From Candidatus Bathyarchaeia archaeon (GTDB taxonomy: Archaea > Thermoproteota > Bathyarchaeia > 40CM-2-53-6 > CALIRQ01), in the NCBI GenBank assembly GCA_038843675.1, contig JAWBRV010000003.1, positions 4,908 through 68,907 of the forward strand: a stretch of DNA of 64,000 nucleotides. Direction: 5' to 3'. The notes beneath the pieces are model-generated. The model had not been told where the DNA came from. It saw nothing but the letters and a program-made list of their open reading frames with translations, and did not search any database. How positions within the stretch are numbered: position 1 is the stretch's first letter; the number at the start of each line of letters is the position of its first letter. Both the position numbers and the translations under genes were made by a program. Below, piece by piece: positions 54,824-64,000 of the stretch.

Positions 54824-55604
54824 CCTTGGAGCCCCCTACCGAGCGGGATTCGAGAGCCTCCATCTCTTCGGTCCATCTCTCGTGGGCTTCATCCAAGTCC
54901 TCCGACCTGAGGACCAAGTTTAAATAATCCATATGCCTCTTGACGCACAGCTCGATCTCCTCATCTCCGACGTCTCTCCTCCTCATCATGGCCCTGAGGA
55001 CATCCAATGGGGTTCTCCAATACCTCCCTAATGGGAGGGCCTCTAAGGATACCCCCTCCCGCTCAAGCCCGCGCTTCAGCTCCCCAAGGTCGCCGTCATA
55101 CAACATGGCGCTCAATCGATGTCCTTTGATCTTCTCCATTATGGCGTCGAGGGTTTCGCTCCAAAACTTCTCGGCACACTTCGCCTCGGCCAATAAGGCC
55201 CTCTTCCATTCGCTCACATCCACCTTACCGCGGACCTTGGACCTCAGCTGGAGGAGGACTATCCTCTCAGCGACCCTATATGATTCAACGACGGATTCAA
55301 GGCTTTGATAACAATGGACCTGCGCGGCCCGCTCCCTGAATCCTCTCAGCGCCCTTATTATAGGCTCCACGGCCCTCATCGAGGCCCTTACGAAGGCCTC
55401 TTGAGCTCCGGTCAACATCCTATAGCTGTCCCAAAGCTCGGCCTCCGAGATCTCCCCCTTTATATAATCCCTCAAAAATCCCTCGAAATCCTCGGCTAGA
55501 TCGAATAGTATGGGCCCTTCCCGGAAGGTCCTAAGAAATTCCGCTATCCTTTGACTCCTCGACCTAAGGCCGTATGGGGCCAAGGATATGACCTTGGACA
55601 TAGC
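54813..55604 (-). CDS. Helical hypothetical protein (start at MSKVISL)
   Basis: 263 aa, no recognisable motif. Divergent from hypF. Confidence 0.35.
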   Translation of the reverse strand, partial: AMSKVISLAPYGLRSRSQRIAEFLRTFREGPILFDLAEDFEGFLRDYIKGEISEAELWDSYRMLTGAQEAFVRASMRAVEPIIRALRGFRERAAQVHCYQSLESVVESYRVAERIVLLQLRSKVRGKVDVSEWKRALLAEAKCAEKFWSETLDAIMEKIKGHRLSAMLYDGDLGELKRGLEREGVSLEALPLGRYWRTPLDVLRAMMRRRDVGDEEIELCVKRHMDYLNLVLRSEDLDEAHERWTEEMEALESRSVGGSKVDR

Positions 55605-55774
55605 TCGGCTTCGGTCAATTTTATAAACTGCTTCATCATAACCAATAAAAACTTTTAGCCCCGGGGCGATGACGAAAGCTGGTATTGGGAAACCCGTGTC
55701 CGATGAAACCAGAGCCGAGCCCCAAAGGAACCATGGGCCCACTCTTGGGCTCCTCCGAAGGGTGAGACTCGACC

Positions 55775-58060
55775 TTGAGGGTCAGGATAAAGGTCGTGGG
55801 AGTGGTCCAAGGGGTTGGGTTCAGGCCCTTCGTCTACAGGGTCGCCAAGGGGCGCGGCTTGAAGGGCTTCATCCGAAACACCGGCGATGCGGGGGTCGAG
55901 ATAATCGCGGAAGGAGAGCCCATGGGCATAGAGGGCCTCCTTTCGGATCTCCGCAATGGCCCGCCTCCTATGTCCAAGATAGAAAGCCTATCGGTGGAGG
56001 AGATCCCCGCCGACCTTCGATTTGAGGATTTCTCCATACTCGCTAGCGATGATCGTAGGGAATCGCCCGGCTCGATAATACCGCCCGATATATCCATATG
56101 CGATGAGTGCCTCATGGAATTGAGGGATCGCGGGAATAGGAGATTCGATTACTTCTTCATAACCTGTACGAATTGCGGGCCGAGGTTCACCATAATCGAG
56201 AGGCCGCCTTACGATAGGGTCAATACCACGATGAAGGAGTTCGATCTTTGCGAATCCTGTGCCAAGGAATACTCGGACCCTTCGGATAGGAGGTTTCACG
56301 CCCAGACGATCGCTTGTGCGGCCTGCGGCCCAGCGGTGGCCCTATACGACAGGAATGGTGCGAAGCTCGGGGAAAGCGATCCGATAAGGGCGGCTGGTAG
56401 GCTACTGGAGGAGGGCGCAATAATAGCGATAAAGGGCATAGGGGGCTATCACATGGCCATATCGACCCTTAGGTCAGATGCCATCGCTAGGGCTAGGAGG
56501 TTCAAGCATAGGAGGCAGAAGCCATTCGCGATAATGGCGCGAGATCTGGAAACCGTGAGGACGTTCGCATTCGTAAGCGAGGCCGAGGAATCGCTTTTGA
56601 CATCCTATTCCAGGCCGATAGTGCTCCTTAAGAAGCGCGACGATTTCTATCTCTCGGAGCTGATATCCCCCGGCCTCCATAACATTGGCGTCATGTTACC
56701 TTACACTGGGTTGCATTCGATGCTCTTCGATGGCGTAGGGGAGCCCGCCTTCGTGATGACCAGCGCCAATTTCCCCGGGGAGCCCATAATCAAGGACGAT
56801 GGGGAGGCATTCGAAAGGCTTCGGGATGTGGTGGATTATTTCTTGATCCATAATCGAGCGATACTTCATAGGTGCGATGACTCGGTCGTCAGGGTGAACG
56901 GGGCCGCCCCAGTGTTCATAAGGAGGTCGAGGGGCTTCGTCCCCCTCCCGATATCCCTCTCCCACCGCTTCGATCATCATTCGATAGGCATCGGGGCGGA
57001 ATCCAACGTTAGCTCATGCGTTTTGAAGGGGGAGTTGGCATATCCCTCGCAGTACATAGGGGACGTGGAATCCCCTGATTCTATAAAGTTTCTAAGGGAC
57101 GCGACGGAGCATTTATTGATGCTAACGGGGGCTGAGCCGCGCGCCATAGGATGCGACCTCCACCCCTCCTTCCATACGACCGCCTTGGCAGAGAAACTCG
57201 GAGAGAAACTTGGGATCGAGGTCGTCAGGGTACAACATCATCATGCCCATCTATTGGGCCTTATGGAGGAGAATGGTTTGGAGGAGGCAATAGGCATCGT
57301 TTGCGATGGTTATGGCTATGGGTTGGATGGGCAGGCTTGGGGGGGAGAGATCTTCTATTGTGACGGCGAAAGGATCGAAAGGATTGGACACCTCCAAGAG
57401 CACCCGCTCCCGGGCGGGGACCTCGCGGCTAGATATCCCGCAAGGATCGTGGTGGGGGCTCTGCTCGGCAGGGTGGACATAGAAGGGTGGCTCTTCGAAA
57501 GGGCTTGGGGACTCCCCCATGGCCCCAAGGAGGCTGAGGCGATAATCTCCCAAGCCAAGAAGGGGGCCATCAAGACGACCAGCCTCGGGAGGATACTAGA
57601 TGCGATCGCCGCATTGCTAGACATTTGTTGGGAGAGGACCTATGAGGGGGAGCCGGCCATGAAGCTCGAGGCTATGGCCTCCAAGGGGAGGGACGTCTTG
57701 GGGCTAGAGCCCGAGCTTGATGGCGGGATCCTTAGGACCGACGTCCTCTTGGAGGAAGTCTTCAGTCAAAGGGATCGATTCCGCAAGGAGGACTTGGCCA
57801 GATCCTCGGAGGAGTATCTCGCGAGGGGGTTGGCAGAGTTGGCTTGCGATGAGGCGGAGGCCCGGGGGATAAAGGCCATAGGATTCACGGGCGGGGTGGC
57901 CTATAACGAGCACATAACCAAGGCAATCCGGGAAAGGGTGGAGGGGGAGGGATATGCCCTTCATCTGCCCAAATGGATCCCACCCGGAGATAATGGGATC
58001 TCAATAGGCCAAGCCATATTCGCCAGCAGGGCCTTGGAGAGGCGGTGGAGATCGGCCTAG
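55775..58060 (+). CDS. hypF: Carbamoyltransferase HypF ([NiFe]-hydrogenase maturation)
   Basis: Acylphosphatase domain (VQGVGFRPF), two CxxC-x18-CxxC Zn-fingers, YrdC-like and Kae1-like domains. 761 aa. Confidence 0.9.
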   Translation: MRVRIKVVGVVQGVGFRPFVYRVAKGRGLKGFIRNTGDAGVEIIAEGEPMGIEGLLSDLRNGPPPMSKIESLSVEEIPADLRFEDFSILASDDRRESPGSIIPPDISICDECLMELRDRGNRRFDYFFITCTNCGPRFTIIERPPYDRVNTTMKEFDLCESCAKEYSDPSDRRFHAQTIACAACGPAVALYDRNGAKLGESDPIRAAGRLLEEGAIIAIKGIGGYHMAISTLRSDAIARARRFKHRRQKPFAIMARDLETVRTFAFVSEAEESLLTSYSRPIVLLKKRDDFYLSELISPGLHNIGVMLPYTGLHSMLFDGVGEPAFVMTSANFPGEPIIKDDGEAFERLRDVVDYFLIHNRAILHRCDDSVVRVNGAAPVFIRRSRGFVPLPISLSHRFDHHSIGIGAESNVSSCVLKGELAYPSQYIGDVESPDSIKFLRDATEHLLMLTGAEPRAIGCDLHPSFHTTALAEKLGEKLGIEVVRVQHHHAHLLGLMEENGLEEAIGIVCDGYGYGLDGQAWGGEIFYCDGERIERIGHLQEHPLPGGDLAARYPARIVVGALLGRVDIEGWLFERAWGLPHGPKEAEAIISQAKKGAIKTTSLGRILDAIAALLDICWERTYEGEPAMKLEAMASKGRDVLGLEPELDGGILRTDVLLEEVFSQRDRFRKEDLARSSEEYLARGLAELACDEAEARGIKAIGFTGGVAYNEHITKAIRERVEGEGYALHLPKWIPPGDNGISIGQAIFASRALERRWRSA

Positions 58061-58149
58061 CTATGGGTTATTATATGGACCGTGGGCCGGCTTGAGATGG
58101 GTCTCTTCTTCCATTGGCCAAGTGACCATTTTGGACTCACTGCGGATGA

Positions 58150-58515
58150 TTATGCGTAAAGCGGGGAACTCTCCGAAACGCATCTCCTATATCTCCTCAA
58201 TATATCCTCAAAGCTCGCCCTGAGCTCGTCCTCGGATCTGAGGCCGACTATCTCCGCGATCGGCCTGCCAGCGCAGAAGAACTTGATCGTTGGAACGCCC
58301 ATTATGCCATATCCAAAGGCGAGCTCGCTTTCCATCGATGCATCTACCATCGCGAATTTCAATCTTCCGGCGTACTCCTTGGAGAGCTTATCGAATATGG
58401 GGGCCAATTGCCTGCAAAAGGGACAAGTGGGCGTGTAGAATTCCACTACGACCGGGACCTCGGATTTCATCAAATCCTTCCAATTGGAGGACGTGGCTTT
58501 GGCGATTTGGGACAT
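58150..58515 (-). CDS. trxA: Thioredoxin (start at MSQIAKATS)
   Basis: WCPFC-type active site in FYTPTCPFCR. Thioredoxin fold length. Confidence 0.85.
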   Translation of the reverse strand: MSQIAKATSSNWKDLMKSEVPVVVEFYTPTCPFCRQLAPIFDKLSKEYAGRLKFAMVDASMESELAFGYGIMGVPTIKFFCAGRPIAEIVGLRSEDELRASFEDILRRYRRCVSESSPLYA

Positions 58516-58613
58516 CGCCGAACACAAAAATAGATTAGTGCTCGAAAATAAAAGATTTTGGCTCTTGGATAAGAGATAATTAACGAGCGAAATCCGAGGG
58601 CGCCTCATGTCCT

Positions 58614-59636
58614 TTAAACCGAGAGGTTTATGGCGATCTCTGATATATCCGCTCCATAATCGGCCGTCCTACGGATGCTCTCCAAGGCCAATCTCAGGCC
58701 CATCATGGACTGGGCCGTTGCGCCCGACTCCAAGATCTTCCTCGTCAGGCTCCCTTCGAATGCCCCAACCTCTTGGGCTAGGGATATGGACCTCTGAGCC
58801 AATTCTACATCGAGCCCGCTCAAAGCCCTCATGGCGTATTCGCAAACGTCCATGGCAATGGAGCTCACCTCCTCGATCGACTCCATGAGCTCCGCTCGCA
58901 TGGGTGCGCTCAAGAGGCGAGCCGCCTGCGCTATATTGGTAGCATGATCAGCTATTCTCTCTAGGCTCTTCGCCACGATCCTATATCCGAGGCAATCTTT
59001 CGGTCCGCTGAGGCCCAGCTCCTTTATCAGCGATCTATCGACCACCGCGGATTTCAGCTGTCGGACTACGAAGAAATATAGGCGGTCCACGTCATCGTCC
59101 CGTTGTTCAACATCATCGGCAAGCGAAAGATCGGTCTCCTTCAGGGCCCTTATGGCATCTCTGTGCATTAGCGAGGAGAGCACATGCATACGGCTTATCG
59201 CGGCCTTCAGCGGAAATTCCGCATGACCGAGGAGGGATTGCACTACGATGCGATCGGCGGAGCTCTCCATCACCTCCACCCCTACGAGCTTTCTCCTTAT
59301 CGCATCCTTGATCCGATATCCCAAGTCAGGCGCATGCCTGCCGAATTGAACGCTTATGACATCGTATCCGGCCAGATAGCGCGCTATCAGGAGCCTAACG
59401 ACCTCCTCCACATCATCGGTAGGAGCCGCCTCTATTGAGGCCGATCTCCTCTCCTCCTCCTCGGATCCGACCCTTGGGAGAATGACCAGCGAGTGGTCCG
59501 GCTGGGGCAGGATGTCCAAAAGATCGCCCCGCTTCAATTTTAGATCCTCCACCCACCATTTGGGCAAGGAGACTATGAAGGTGGAGCCCCCGGTCACCTG
59601 AACCCTCCTGACCTCCTTTTTGTTCAAGATTCCCAC
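58614..59636 (-). CDS. phoU: Phosphate uptake regulator: N-terminal AbrB/SpoVT DNA-binding domain fused to two PhoU domains
   Basis: VQVTGGSTFIVSLPKWWVEDLKLKRGDLL (swapped-hairpin) followed by two PhoU repeats (E..D..VD.LY...). Divergent from pstS. Confidence 0.8.
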   Translation of the reverse strand: MGILNKKEVRRVQVTGGSTFIVSLPKWWVEDLKLKRGDLLDILPQPDHSLVILPRVGSEEEERRSASIEAAPTDDVEEVVRLLIARYLAGYDVISVQFGRHAPDLGYRIKDAIRRKLVGVEVMESSADRIVVQSLLGHAEFPLKAAISRMHVLSSLMHRDAIRALKETDLSLADDVEQRDDDVDRLYFFVVRQLKSAVVDRSLIKELGLSGPKDCLGYRIVAKSLERIADHATNIAQAARLLSAPMRAELMESIEEVSSIAMDVCEYAMRALSGLDVELAQRSISLAQEVGAFEGSLTRKILESGATAQSMMGLRLALESIRRTADYGADISEIAINLSV

Positions 59637-59670
59637 CTCCTATATATTTTTTTAGACGTTATTTAGAATA

Positions 59671-59696
59671 TTGCGAAAATATATATATTTCCGCAA
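59671..59696. promoter_or_regulatory. Near-perfect 26-bp palindrome TTGCGAAAATATATATATTTCCGCAA in the phoU/pstS divergent promoter. Candidate TATA region and/or operator.
   Basis: Two mismatches to its reverse complement. Located about 30-60 nt upstream of the probable pstS ATG (59725/59734). Confidence 0.3.
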
Positions 59697-59724
59697 TTCT
59701 ATGCATGTAAAGACCAGCGGGGTG

Positions 59725-60842
59725 ATGGGAAAAATGAACGTCCCGAAGAAGATTGTTGCAATTGCAGCAATTCTTGCCTTGGTAATGATTGCGGGAGCAT
59801 CGCTAACGCTCCAGCGACCGGCCGGTCCATCTCAAACAACGATTACGACTCAAACGGGCTCGGGCTCTTGGGGGCCGGAGCCTCCTTCCCATACCCACTA
59901 ATATCTAAATGGGCACAAGAATATGAAATCCTGACGAATGGCATGGTGACCATCAATTACCAAAGCATAGGCAGCGGGGGCGGCATAAAGCAAATCACGG
60001 AAAGGGCCATAGATTTCGGGGCAACGGACGCGCCCCTAACGCCGGATGAGGCGAAGAGGGCGCCAGGCCTCCTCCACATCCCGGAAACCATTGGCGCCGT
60101 AGTCTTGGCCTATAACCTGCCGGGGATCGACAAGAGGCTGAAGCTTAGCGGCGACGTCTTGGCCGACATATATTTGGGCAAAATCGTCAAGTGGAACGAC
60201 CCGAGGATAGCCTCAATGAACGAGGGGATGGCGCTCCCTGATAGGGAAATTGTCGTTGTGAAGAGGTCCGATTCGAGCGGAACTACCTTCATATTCACGG
60301 ACTATTTATCGACGGTGAGCGGCGAATGGATGAGGAACGTGGGGAGGGGCAAGGTCTTCAATTATCCCGAGGCGTTGAGCGCAAGGGGGGTACAGGCCAA
60401 GGGGAATGAGGGGGTCACGGCCATCATTAAGCAAACACCATACTCGATCGGCTATGTGGAGCTCACATACGCCCTTCAAAATAACATACCATACGCACTC
60501 CTCAGGAATAAGGCCGGGAGGTTCGTCGAGGCGAACTTCGAAACGATAGCAAGCGCCGCCTCCGCGGCCTTCCCCAAGCTCCCCAAGGGGGATGAACCTT
60601 GGGATAAAGTGAGCATCGTCGACGCGGAAGGGGAGGGATCCTATCCAATTGCCAGCTTTACCTACATATTGGTCTATAAGGACCTATCCTATATGGGCAA
60701 GGAGAAGGCCCAAGCCTTGGTGGGCTTCTTAAGGTGGGCCGTGACCGAAGGGCAGAAATATTGCAAGGACCTATATTACGTGCCTCTCCCACCCGAGGTG
60801 CAGAGGCTCAACTTGGAAACGATATCGATGATCCGGATATGA
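59725..60842 (+). pseudogene. pstS: Phosphate-binding protein PstS, interrupted by a frameshift in a G5 run (59870-59874). Signal peptide and Thr-rich linker are in one frame, the mature domain in the -1 frame.
   Basis: ORF 59671..59901 encodes MNVPKKIVAIAAILALVMIAGASLTL...TITTQTGSGSW then stops. ORF 59868..60842 encodes GAGASFPYPLISKWAQEY... (the PstS mature N-terminus). Inserting one G gives a continuous ...GSGSWGAGASFPYPL... Confidence 0.6.
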
Positions 60843-61738
60843 GGAGGGATAAGTTCAAAGTCCTAACCCTTCTTTTTTCCATCCTATTCCTAATTTTCTC
60901 AGCCCTATTCATCTGTGAGCTATTCTCAGCCTCAAGCCTGACTTGGAGTAGGCTCGGGATCGCCTTCATATTCGGCCAAAGATGGGATCCGCTCAATGGG
61001 GTTTACGGTGCCCTCCCGTTCATCTATGGCACAATTGTTTCCTCCACCTTCGCCCTGCTAGTGGCGGCGGTATTGGGGATCGGGGTAGCCATATTCCTAT
61101 CAGAGATATCGCCGAAGGGCCTTAGGGAGCCCCTCTCGGCCGTAATGGAACTAATAGCCGCGATACCCAGCGTGATAATAGGCCTATGGGGAATCTTCGT
61201 CCTAGTGCCATTCGTTAGGGATTCCCTCCAACCCATGGTGTCCCCGCTCTCCTTCATACCGCTCTTCTCCGGCAGGAGTCCGAGCGGGCTCTCGATGCTC
61301 GCGGCCATAATAGTGCTCTCCTTCATGATAACTCCGATAGTCGCCACGGTGGCGAAGGATTGTCTCCTCATGGTCCCGCGGGAGCTGAAGGAGGCGGCCT
61401 ATGGCTTGGGCGCTAGGAGATATGAGGTCATAAGGCATGTGAGCATACCATATGCCAAGAGCGGCATAATCGGAGGCCTAATATTAGGCTATGGGAGGGC
61501 CATAGGGGAGACGATGGCGGTCACCATGGTTATAGGGAACTCCTACGCGATCTCCCCCTCCCTCCTCAGCCCCGCCCATACAATGGCCGCCGTGTTGGCG
61601 AACGAGTTCGCGGAGGCTACCGATGCCCTCTATCTCTCCTCACTTACGGCCATAGCCCTCCTCCTGATTCTCATATCCTTGGTCATAAACTTGACCGGTA
61701 GGTCAGTGGTGATTAGATGGCAAAGGGCCGCAAGATAA
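60839..61738 (+). CDS. pstC: Phosphate ABC transporter permease PstC (ATGA overlap with pstS stop)
   Basis: Six TM helices and the EAA-like motif of PstC. Confidence 0.85.
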   Translation: MRRDKFKVLTLLFSILFLIFSALFICELFSASSLTWSRLGIAFIFGQRWDPLNGVYGALPFIYGTIVSSTFALLVAAVLGIGVAIFLSEISPKGLREPLSAVMELIAAIPSVIIGLWGIFVLVPFVRDSLQPMVSPLSFIPLFSGRSPSGLSMLAAIIVLSFMITPIVATVAKDCLLMVPRELKEAAYGLGARRYEVIRHVSIPYAKSGIIGGLILGYGRAIGETMAVTMVIGNSYAISPSLLSPAHTMAAVLANEFAEATDALYLSSLTAIALLLILISLVINLTGRSVVIRWQRAAR

Positions 61739-62541
61739 AGGACTGGCTCTTGGCGGCCTCCTCCGCCTCCTCAGTGGCAATAGTCGCCTTCCCATTGATT
61801 CACATAATCCTTACCACGGCGATGAACGGCATCCGATCGATCGATCTAGCCTTCCTAACGTCCCTACCAAAGCCCCCCGGCGAGGCCGGGGGCGGCATAG
61901 CGCACGCCATACAGGGCTCGATGATCCTCGCGGCCCTCACGATGGCGATTAGCATCCCGTCCTCGTTGATGATCGCCGTATACTTGGTGGAATATCGAGA
62001 TAGGAGATTGGGGGAAATCCTAGAGGTCGTGAACGATGCCTTCACGGGGACCCCCAGCATAGTGGCTGGAGTATTCGTCTATTCCTTCGTGGTCCTGAGG
62101 CATGGATTCTCGGCCTTGGCCGGAGCGATGGCGTTGAGCATACTCGCCATCCCGAATTTGGTGAGGATCTTCGGGGAAGCCCTCAAATTGGTCCCATTGG
62201 ATTTGAGGATGGCGGGCTTGGCGTTGGGGGCCCCGAAATGGCGGGTCATAATCCACATAGTCTTGAGCGCGGCGATGCCATCGATAGCCTCCGGGGCGCT
62301 ATTGATCCTAGCGAGAGTTATGGGGGAAACGGCCCCACTGCTCTTCACAGCATTCGGCAGCAATAGGTTCGCCTACGACATCCTTCATCCGGTTTCGGCC
62401 ATACCGTTGGTGATTTATACATATGCCACATCCCCCTACACCGATTGGCATGGGAAGGCTTGGGGGGCCGCCCTCATCCTAATGCTTCTCGTGCTCGCGA
62501 TAAACCTCTTGGTCAAATATGGCCTAAAGGGGAGAGGATAG
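61717..62541 (+). CDS. pstA: Phosphate ABC transporter permease PstA
   Basis: PstA TM topology and conservation. Confidence 0.85.
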   Translation: MAKGRKIKDWLLAASSASSVAIVAFPLIHIILTTAMNGIRSIDLAFLTSLPKPPGEAGGGIAHAIQGSMILAALTMAISIPSSLMIAVYLVEYRDRRLGEILEVVNDAFTGTPSIVAGVFVYSFVVLRHGFSALAGAMALSILAIPNLVRIFGEALKLVPLDLRMAGLALGAPKWRVIIHIVLSAAMPSIASGALLILARVMGETAPLLFTAFGSNRFAYDILHPVSAIPLVIYTYATSPYTDWHGKAWGAALILMLLVLAINLLVKYGLKGRG

Positions 62542-62598
62542 GGATTTGCTTCACAATGTTTTAAAGTTTATTAAAGGCCCGTTAAAACAAGATTTGGG

Positions 62599-63135
62599 AT
62601 GAACGCCGCGAGATCCTCAGAACCAAATCCCAATGGCTTGGTAAGGGATTTCAGAACCGCTCCATTGGAATTGAGCGAATCCGAGGACTTCCAAGATATA
62701 TTTTGCATCGTCAAGAAGGCCGTTAAGGCGATCCTTGGGAAGGGGAGAGCCGGCTTGACGCTTGTCCTAGCGGATTTGCCGCCGAACATAGGGGCATTCC
62801 ACAGCTTTGGTTCGAACTTCATAGTCATGAATAGGATCGCCTTGGAGGCGATGAGGGCTGGGGCCAAGGAGGGGATCGAGGTCAAATCTTACATTTTCGT
62901 GATCCTCCTCCACGAATATCTCCATAGTTTGGGATATCTCGATGAAGCACAGACTAGGAGGCTCGTTTATGAGATCTCGAAGGAGCTATTCGGGGAAGAC
63001 CACCCAGCCACTAGGATGGCCGCCCGAGGGCCTTTAGAGCTCTTGGAAGGGGTCATGGCCCGTGGAGATCTGGGCGGGCGCCCGCCAAAAATAATTAAGG
63101 AATTCGATCCCTCCTATAGGGGTTACATCCATTGA
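62599..63135 (+). CDS. Hypothetical protein with HExxH (putative metallopeptidase-like), in the position where pstB would be expected
   Basis: LLHEYLHSLGYLDE. No Walker A/B motifs, so not PstB. Confidence 0.4.
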   Translation: MNAARSSEPNPNGLVRDFRTAPLELSESEDFQDIFCIVKKAVKAILGKGRAGLTLVLADLPPNIGAFHSFGSNFIVMNRIALEAMRAGAKEGIEVKSYIFVILLHEYLHSLGYLDEAQTRRLVYEISKELFGEDHPATRMAARGPLELLEGVMARGDLGGRPPKIIKEFDPSYRGYIH

Positions 63136-63136
63136 A

Positions 63137-64000
63137 GGGAGGATCCGTTGCCTTTAACGCATCAACATTCCGCATCCTAGAGGCAGCCGAGGCGGCGCTA
63201 TCGGACGAGCTATACGCCTCAATCCTATATGGCCGATTGGCGATCACCCATGGGGATGGGCCGATCGGGACGAAGCTGGGGAGGATGGCCGAGATGGAGC
63301 GGGATCACGCTGAGTTCTGGCGCGATTTCTTGCGAAGGAGGCATCGTCCGGCGCCGGGCAGGGCTGTCTACGGCCCAAGGCTCGCCCTTCACGTTGCCGC
63401 GTCTAGATTGTTGGGCCTCAGAATCTTCCTGCTATTCTTAGAGAGGGATGAGCGCGAGGCCATCGAGCTTTATTCCAAGCTCATCGAGAGCCCCGGGATC
63501 GATGGGCCGGAGAGGGAGAGGCTTAGGGGGATCTTGGAGGATGAGCTCCTTCACGAGCGGGAGCTCCTCGAGGAGGAATCCAAGGCTAAGGAGCACATCG
63601 CCCACGTCAGGGATGCCGTCTTAGGCATGAACGATGGCTTGGTCGAGATATTATCGATCACGTCCGGTTTGGCGGGGGCCTACGGGGATCCCTTCCACAC
63701 GGCTTTGGGAGGGCTCGTGGTCGCGGTGGCTGGCGCGCTGTCAATGGGGATGGGCGTCTTCGCCAGCGTAAAGGCGCAGAGGCAGGTTAGTGAAAGCCTC
63801 CTGCGCAGGGTCGAGGAGGCATCGAGGTACGTTGCGCATGTATTCAAGGAGAGGCTGATCGGGCACATGATGAAGAGGGGATATAGTGTTGAGCTCTCAA
63901 GGGCAGTGGCTGAGGAATCCTCCAAGGACCCAGAGCTGCTTTCCAAGATTATAGCCGAGGAGGAATATGGCCTCAGGGGGGAATCCATGGGTAGCCCGCG
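63137..64000 (+). CDS. Ferritin/rubrerythrin-like domain fused to a VIT1/CCC1 iron/manganese transporter domain; start uncertain (TTG at 63137 or Met near 63290); 3' end beyond window
   Basis: Manual translation is stop-free to the window end. ELYASILYGRLA...MERDHAEFW and ELLHERELLEEE (ferritin-like), then AVLGMNDGLVEILSITSGLAGA (the VIT1 signature). Confidence 0.55.

Noticed and set aside
62571-62885. Minus-strand ORF as a possible inverted pstB
   Set aside because: No Walker A/B or ABC signature. Antisense of the HExxH gene.
63680-63988. Minus-strand 102-aa ORF
   Set aside because: Antisense to the edge-open ferritin-like/VIT1 gene, whose translation shows clear VIT1 motifs.

Overview
This is a high-GC (about 60%) archaeal chromosomal window, densely coding, probably from a TACK/Thermoproteota-like lineage. 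Supporting signs: an Orc1/Cdc6-RFC-GINS-MCM replication gene set, TBP, Thr-rich cell-surface anchoring, and tRNA-like genes with encoded CCA and apparent non-canonical introns. Content in order:
- a secreted PepSY protein at the window start (missed by the ORF track);
- a VapBC toxin-antitoxin pair;
- a PPP phosphatase and a large Kelch-propeller surface protein with a Thr-rich stalk, a run of about 21 prolines and a C-terminal membrane anchor;
- an intron-containing tRNA followed by an unusual 700 bp AT-rich repeat region;
- a replication neighbourhood: orc1/cdc6, moaC/moaB, rfcL, rfcS, gdhA, GINS, mcm, hel308;
- an asparagine-synthetase-like protein, a PAS/GAF/DUF835 sensor, and a second intron-containing tRNA candidate;
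- a tRNA-maturation neighbourhood: Bud32-like kinase, CCA-adding enzyme, 2'-5' RNA ligase/ThpR, P-loop kinase, UPF0201, RNase Z, Trm-G10;
- prs, a nicotinamidase (pncA)/isochorismatase-family protein, a CBS protein, a GPN GTPase, an acetyl-CoA synthetase (ADP-forming) beta domain, MTAP, UppS;
- smc-scpA-scpB, S8e, SRP19;
- an aromatic-acid locus: ACT protein, paaK, SSS transporter;
- an uncharacterised cluster: membrane Zn-ribbon protein, PflX-type radical SAM enzyme, divergent ANL/GH3-like adenylating enzyme, two V4R proteins;
- signal peptidase, TBP, PadR, an Lhr helicase, a YkgJ Cys-cluster protein, a standalone HypF, thioredoxin;
- an AbrB-PhoU regulator divergent from pstS(frameshifted)-pstC-pstA with no pstB;
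- an HExxH protein and an edge-truncated ferritin-like/VIT1 transporter.
No CRISPR array, IS element or intein was seen. The most unusual candidates are the radical SAM/ANL/V4R cluster, the multi-intron tRNA candidates and the AT-rich repeat region near the replication genes.
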